This document shows, piece after piece, positions 56,894 to 64,000 of a stretch of DNA of 64,000 nucleotides. The notes under the pieces were generated by a model that was not told the DNA's origin, did not search any database, and was given only the letters and a program-made list of their open reading frames with translations. This stretch comes from Octopus vulgaris (taxonomy: Eukaryota), in assembly GCA_951406725.2 (NCBI GenBank), contig OX597827.1, forward strand, positions 45,570,001-45,634,000. The letters are read 5' to 3'. Each line of letters opens with the position of its first letter. The first letter of the stretch is position 1. The translations under genes were made by a program, and so were the position numbers.

Positions 56894-57094
56894 GAGCTGG
56901 AATCATTCTAATTAATTCACTGGAATTCAGCCCCTTTTCATCAGATAGAAAACGGGGGTAAGAAGAGCCTTACACGTTAGTTTCTTTCTATCGCTCAAAT
57001 GAAAGCACCTGCACTCACTGCATCTTGGCGCCTTTGAACTTTTTCCCATGTCTTCTTAGACCTAACTGTTGGCAAGAAAGAGAGAAAGTGAAAG

Positions 57095-57148
<54 letters not shown>

Positions 57149-57239
57149 GAGGAAGAGAGGGAGAGAGAGAGAAGTGAGGAAGAGAGGGAGAGAGAAGAAT
57201 GGTGGATGATAGAGAAGAGAGAGAGAGCGTGCATTGTTT

Positions 57240-57296
57240 GATACTTGTTGATGCAGCAAGCAACATGTATTGGAATGTGTCTCTGATGTCGCTGCA
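57240..57296. other. Conserved non-coding element, copy 13 (old/diverged, - orientation)
   Basis: GATACTTGTTGATGCAGCAAGCAACATGTATTGGAATGTGTCTCTGATGTCGCTGCA; extended hairpin ~57224-57284. Confidence 0.7.
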
Positions 57297-57526
57297 GTAG
57301 ACTTAATCGATGAGCTTCGGTGGGTGGGGGAGTGGAAGAGCTGATGGGTGGAGGAGGTTTCGTAGAGAGAAGAGAGTGTATATTAGACGGGAGTGGGTTA
57401 TGGTGATGGATTGTTTGTTCATTAGGATTATGTATAAGATAATGTAGAAGGTGGGGGGGACTGTTTGTATTTCTTATCCGTGTTTGTGTGGTGTGTTTCC
57501 TTGTTTGTATGTGTTTGTATCTTTGC

Positions 57527-57558
<32 letters not shown>

Positions 57559-59027
57559 CTGTGGGTGTTTGTGTGTCTGTAGGTGGGTGATTGTGTTCGA
57601 GCGTGTGTGTGTGTGTGTGCGTGAGTATGTGTGTGTTTGTGTGTATGATGAAGTGGCTGATAGAAGACTGACATCATCTCAACCGACATCACCACCAACA
57701 TAATTTCAACTACCACCGCCATCGCCACCACCACCATCGCCGCCGCCGCCACCACCACTATCATCACCATTACCTTCATCATCAGCTATCACCTCAGCAT
57801 CTTTAGAACCACTACCGCCGTCGCCACCACAACCACTGCCACCACCATCACCATCACCACCACCACTATCATCACCACCACACTACCCCCAACCACCACC
57901 ACCACCAGCACCACCACCACCATCACCACTATCACTACTGCTAACAAAACATTAATTCAACCACAGCCAACGCCACATGGGATTCATTAGCCTACGAACA
58001 TCCTGGCTGGAGCAGAGCTATAACCAAAAGCATTCCGGCCATGACCGTCCTGTCTTTATTTATTTATTTATTTAACAGTGACCGCCAGTATTGAACTATG
58101 TACCTTTTAAAAATTAATACAGAAGGATATGATTTGAGAAATATTTAGCTGCTATTTTTTACAATGATGTCGGTGGTGGGGACGCTAATTATGAAGATAG
58201 GGATGTTGTTGTTGGAAGTGGTGGTGGTAGAGGTGGTGGTGGTGACGGTGGTAGTGGTGACGGTGGTGGTGGTGGTGGTGGTGACGGTGGTAGTGGTGAC
58301 GGTGGTGGTGGTGGTGGTGGTGGTGACGGTGGTAGTGGTGCAGGTGATGGATATGGTGGAGGAGGTGGGGTGGGGTGGGTTGGTAGTGGAGGTGGGGGTG
58401 ATGGTGGTGTGGTGCAGGTGGTGGATAGGGTGGTGGGGGTGGAGGTGGTGGTGGATAGGGTGGAGGAGGTGGTGGTGGGGGTGGTGGGGTGGGGGTGGGG
58501 TGGGTGGTCGTGGAGGTGGAGGTGGGGGTGATGGTGGTGTGGTGCAGGTGGTGGATAGGGTGGAGGTGGTGGTGCAGGTGATGGATATAGTGGTGGTGGA
58601 GGAGATGAGGGTGATGATGGTATGCTGTGGTGCAGGTGGTAGATAGGGTTGTGGTCGTGGTGGTGGAGATGGTGTTAGTGGTGGAATGGTGCAGTTGAAG
58701 AATGTCTTGTTTTTGCAATGGCGGTGGCCATCGCTATGTTAGAGGTGAAAATGGTGTTGGTTGTAGTGGGGGCGGTTTAGTTTAGGAAGTTTTTGTAAAA
58801 TTAATGGTTGTTGTTATTTAGAAGACATTACATAGGATGCAAGTTGTTCCAACCATGACCACCCCATCTTTTTTCTTATGCACAATGCACACGTGACTAC
58901 ATTAATCCAATGCGTGCTTTATTTTTCTAAGACAGTAGTGTGTAATTTGGCGAGGAATTTAGTTGCTATATCTTGCAGGTTGACAGGTCACATATGGGCG
59001 CCCACCCCTATTTGCTAGAATCATTGG

Positions 59028-59058
<31 letters not shown>

Positions 59059-59090
59059 AGTAATAGCAGCAGCAGCAGCTGTAGTAGTGT

Positions 59091-59157
<67 letters not shown>

Positions 59158-59245
59158 ACGGTAGTGGTGGTTAAGATCATGATGCGGTAGTGACGATTGT
59201 AAGTCTCGTAATAATTGTGAGGATAGTAGTCATAGCAGCAGCAGC

Positions 59246-59326
<81 letters not shown>

Positions 59327-59366
59327 CACAATGCTGGTAATATCAGTAGTAAAAATGGCAACAGTA

Positions 59367-59760
59367 AGGCGGCAAGCTGGAGAAACGTTAGCACGCCCGA
59401 CGAAATGCTTAGCGGTATTTCGTCTGCCGTTACGTTGTGAGTTCAAATTCCGCCGAGGTCGACTTTGCCTTTCATCCTTTCGGGGTCGATTAAATAAGTA
59501 CCAGTTACGCACAGGGATCGATATAATCGACTTAATCCGTTTGCCTGTCCTTGTTTGTCCTCTCTGTGTTTAGCCCCTTGTGGGTAGTAAAGAAATAGGT
59601 ATTTCGTCTCTCTTTACATTCTGAGTTCAAATTCCACCGAGGTCGACTTTGCCTTTCGTCCTTTCGAGGGTGGATAAATTAAGTTCCAGTTACATACTGG
59701 AGTCGATCTAATCGGCTGGCCTCTTTCCCCAAAATTTCGAGCCTTGTACCTAGAGTAGAA
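59367..59760 (+). mobile_element. SINE family B (MetaSINE-like), dimeric/nested
   Basis: GGCGGCAAGCTGG..GAGTTCAAATTCCGCCGAGGTCGACTTTGCCTTTCATCCTTTCGGGGTCGAT..AGTACCAG, with the core repeated at ~59600-59760. Confidence 0.8.
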
Positions 59761-60590
59761 AAAAATGGAAGGTGGTGTTAGGAGTTTTTATTGGTGTTGA
59801 GGCTGCTGCTGTGTAAACTACTTCTCCGTTTAAATCCCAGCTGTTTGATCTCTAACCCTTATCCTAACCCTAAACTTCTACTCACGTTATCATCGTTTTT
59901 AATTCTCCATCCCTTCTTTCTCAACCCTCATAATAATGTTTCCCTAAAACGAATATCGGATTTCCAGTCTCCAAAATATATAAACTAATATTATAAATTA
60001 ATCACTGATTTCAAGCTTCGAGGGATGAAGTAAAACCGATTACTTATTTTATTAACCCCGAAAAGATTAAAAGGTAAGGTCGACTACGGCCGCCGTTTGA
60101 ACTCAGAACGTAAAGACGGACGAAATGCCGCTAAGCATTTTTGCCCGGCGTGCTAACGATTCTGCCAGTACGCCGCCTTTCTCGAGAAATTAATCATTAA
60201 TTTCTTGAAATTATCTCCCTTCTCTCTGAGAGTTTCTAACCCTAATGCGACCTCTATTTGCTTTCTTTGTCCAGCTAAGAGGAAAATTTTAATTAAGAAT
60301 TTGTATCTGCGTACTGCGTTCGGCGTACCGCCCCCACCCCGTGCACACACACACACACACACAATCAAATTCATGCCATTGAACCACTTGAGTTATTTCC
60401 TTGGCTCATTTATTTATTATTATTTTTATTACCAGGTGTGGCTGTGCAATAAGAAGTTTGCTTCCCCTTCTACATTGTTCTGAGTTGAGTCTCACTGGGT
60501 GGCGCTTTGGGTAAGTGTCTTCTATAAGACCGGGCCAGCCAAACCCTTGTGAGTGGATATGGTAGACGGAAATTGAAAGAAGCTTGTTGC

Positions 60591-60646
<56 letters not shown>

Positions 60647-61061
60647 TCTTCTAGTGTTTGCGTTCTTGTCCCAGTTTGTATTTTTCTACATATAATAATA
60701 ATATATATACAAATTTTTTTTCTACATATAAATTTATGTTCGTGTGTCTTAGATTTGTGCTTGCTCCCCACAACCACTTAACAAAGGTAAAACATAAAGA
60801 TCTAAATTTTACTAACCAAAGGTTATTGGTAAACTTCCCTAAATATATTTCTGCCAATAAGCAGTATTGGTTAGAAATCGCTATGCTAATGAAATCCAAT
60901 AGACTAAAACATGTGTGCAGTTGACTCCCTTACCTACAAACAAACATCTTTGCCTTTTTTTCTTGAGTATGTAAGTTGTGAAATTTATTATCTTTAATTT
61001 TTTACTTGTCTCAGTCATTGGACTGGAACCATGCTGGGACATCGTCTTCAAGGGTTTAGAC

Positions 61062-61362
61062 CAGTGGTTCCCAAAGTGGGCTGTATTGCCCCCCTGTGGG
61101 TGGCGCAAAATTCCAAGGGGACGTTGAAGAAAAGTGGGGCAATAATGCCGGAACGATTCGTGTAAAAATTGGGGCGATAATGGGGTGGCAATTAAACAAC
61201 AAAACAATGGGTTCATTAGGTTAAATTTTATTTGTGAAATATAGTTGCTTTGAATTTGCTACAGAAAGAGGTCTATGTTTGTGATGGTTAGTTGGGATGT
61301 GGACACTAGGAATGTGGCCAGGGTTCAAGGGGGCGGCAGCCCCCAAAGTTTGAAAATCATTG
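61062..61362. mobile_element. hAT (Charlie-type) MITE inserted in a SINE
   Basis: Imperfect TIRs CAGTGGTTCCCAAA / TTTGAAAATCATTG and an exact 8-bp TSD GTTTAGAC at 61054-61061 and 61363-61370. Confidence 0.9.
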
Positions 61363-62207
61363 GTTTAGACAAAGAAATTGACCCCAGTACATACATTTTT
61401 AGAGCCTGGTACTTATTATATCGGTCTCTTATCGTCGAACCGCTAAGTTACAGGGACGTAAATAAACCAACTAACACTACATGTCAAGCAGTAAATGGGG
61501 ATAAGTACAAGCATAAAGACACACATGCACATTGGTGTATACATATATATACGACGAGCTTCTTGCAGTTTCCGTCTACCAAATTCACTCACAAGGCTTT
61601 GGTCGGTCCGGGGATATAGTACAAAGCACTTGCTCAAGGTGCCAAGCAGTGGGACTGAACCTAGAGCCATGTTGTCGAGAAGCAAATATTTTACCATACT
61701 GCTTATGTCTATACCCGTTAATTTTACTCTTTTATTCTTTCACTTGTTTCAGTCATTTGACTGTGGCCATGCTGGAGCACCGCCTTTAGTCGAGAAAATC
61801 GACCCCAGGACTTATTCTTTGTAAGCCTAGTACTTATTCTATCGGTTCCCTTTTGCCGAACCGCTAAGTTACAGGGACGTAAACACACCAGCATCGGTTG
61901 ACAAGCGATGTTGGTGGGGGAACACAGACACAAACATACACACACACACATACATATATATGCATATATATATGAGGAGCTTCTTTCAGTTTCCGTCTAC
62001 TAAATCCACTCACAAGGCTTTGGTCGGCTATAGTAGAAGACACTTGCCCAAGGTGCCACGCAGTGGAACTGAACCCCCGGAACCATGTTGTTGGTAAGCG
62101 AGCTACTTACCACACAGCCACTCCTACGCCTATTTCTTTAAGATGCTCCAACAATTTCCGCTGGGTTTTTGCATTCTTTCTCCAACTAAAAGGAAAATCC
62201 AATTCAT

Positions 62208-62254
<47 letters not shown>

Positions 62255-62504
62255 TTCATTTATTCATTTATTTATTTATTTATTTATTTATATTTGACGC
62301 ACCGTATTCAGTACATTTCTCTTTAATTTAATCACGCATTATTGTCAAGTGTCTTCTATTCCTCTACGCTTTCACCGCGGAGGTGAACAGAAAGAGAAGA
62401 TGCCAAGGTAGGGGAGACAAATGAATCGGCAGAAGCTTGTCTAGACGTGGCGGCATCGTAGTGGTAGAGATGTCGGGGACGACGACGACGACGACGACGA
62501 CGAC

Positions 62505-62564
<60 letters not shown>

Positions 62565-62879
62565 AATGCTGGGGCTGGGGCTGGGGGTGCTGAGAATGGG
62601 GATAGTAATTAGTGAGAGCAGAGAAGAAAGGAATCGGTGCCCGGAATATTTGTAAAATGAGATGTTAGGAACAGGGGTACAGTGGGGTGGGGGTGGGGGT
62701 GTTTCAGTCGCGCTGCTTCGGCTGCTGCTGCTGCTGTTGCAAGCAAACATAATTTAAGGTGTGGGTAAAAATTTTCTCCATGACAGAAAGCGTACAGTGA
62801 ATGGCGGCTTTCTTACGGTTTCGTGTAAATATGCATACATACATGCATGCATACATACATACATACATACATACATACA

Positions 62880-62914
<35 letters not shown>

Positions 62915-63169
62915 GTGTGTGCGTTTATGTGTGTGTGCGTTTATGTGTGTGTATGTATGCATATGTATATATATATATGTATGTATGTACGTGTATATAT
63001 ATTTACGTATGTATATACATACATATGTGTATATATGTATATATATATATGTATATATATATATGTATATATATATATTATATATATAACTATTTTGCTT
63101 ATGACCTCGTCTGTATCACTAGCGATTTTTCCCCCTGTCTTCCCTTCTCGGGATCTTTCCTTCTCCTAT

Positions 63170-63204
63170 GTTTCCGACGAAGAGCTCCGCTCGAAACGTC
63201 AAAC
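63170..63204 (+). ncRNA. 35-nt minimal hammerhead ribozyme-like motif (U4C core)
   Basis: GTTT-CCGACGA-A-GAGC-TCC-GCTC-GAAA-CG-TC-AAAC; GUC site, ACGT palindromic stem III. Confidence 0.65.
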
Positions 63205-63349
63205 CCTCCTTCTTCCCTTCTTTCCTGAGCGTCCAATAATACTTTATTTGTTTCACGTCTTGCGTTGTTGTTTTTTTGTTTTTGTTTTCTTGTTTGGATT
63301 AACTATATATATATACATACGTACGTACGTATATGCATACATACATACA

Positions 63350-63380
<31 letters not shown>

Positions 63381-63427
63381 GTGTGTGTGTTTGTGTGTGT
63401 GTGTGTGCATATATGCATTTGTATGTT

Positions 63428-63491
<64 letters not shown>

Positions 63492-63599
63492 AGTGTGTAT
63501 ATATATGTATGTATATATGTCTGTATATATATATGTATGTATGTACGTGTATATATATTTACGTATGTATATACATACATGTGTACATATGTATATATA

Positions 63600-63641
<42 letters not shown>

Positions 63642-63969
63642 CATACATACATACATACATATAACTATGCGTTAAAATATATACCCTTCCCTTTTCCCTT
63701 GTATTTTGAAACAGAAGAATCGACAACAGTCACCATCTCACAGATTAATTAGCATAAATTATGCAATTGCCTAAGAGAGTTAATATATTAATATGCATGG
63801 CTGTGTGGTTTAGAAGCTCGCTTTGCAGCCAAGCTGTTTCGGTTTCAGTCCCACTACGAAACACATTGGGAAAGTGTCTTCTACAATAGTCCGGCCGACC
63901 AAAGCCTTCAAAGGGAATTTGGTAGACAGAAACTGAGGAAACGTCTATTGTGTACACACGCACACACGC

Positions 63970-64000
<31 letters not shown>

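Noticed and set aside
57276-57296. CTCF site interpretation (GRTGTCGCTG)
   Set aside because: Only the right half resembles the CTCF core and CCASYAG is absent. Kept only as a weak alternative.

Overview
This is AT-rich, microsatellite-saturated eukaryotic DNA. The SINE families point to an octopod cephalopod (inference). I find no host protein-coding gene; nearly all ORFs in the track are translations of simple repeats. The real coding remnants are all transposon-derived: a Penelope-like element (RT plus GIY-YIG, inverted pLTRs, hammerhead motifs), Dong/R4-type RLE fragments in (TAA)n, two RTE LINE fragments, a deleted mariner and a decayed pogo/Tigger transposase. There are also Helitrons, a Helentron-like element, a hAT MITE and many tRNA-derived SINEs. 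The region 6-37 kb consists of recent ~3 kb tandem and inverted duplications. The most notable unexplained signal is a non-coding ~55-80 nt element, GCAGCGACAYCAG-N4-ACATTCCA-N4-TGTTRC-(variable)-GYATCAACARGYATY. It occurs 13 times on both strands: nine copies in the duplicated units and four old copies whose flanks have largely diverged. It has hairpin potential and an invariant miR-1-type seed, and is a candidate clustered small-RNA or regulatory family of unknown function. About ten minimal hammerhead-ribozyme-like motifs with variant cores are also present.
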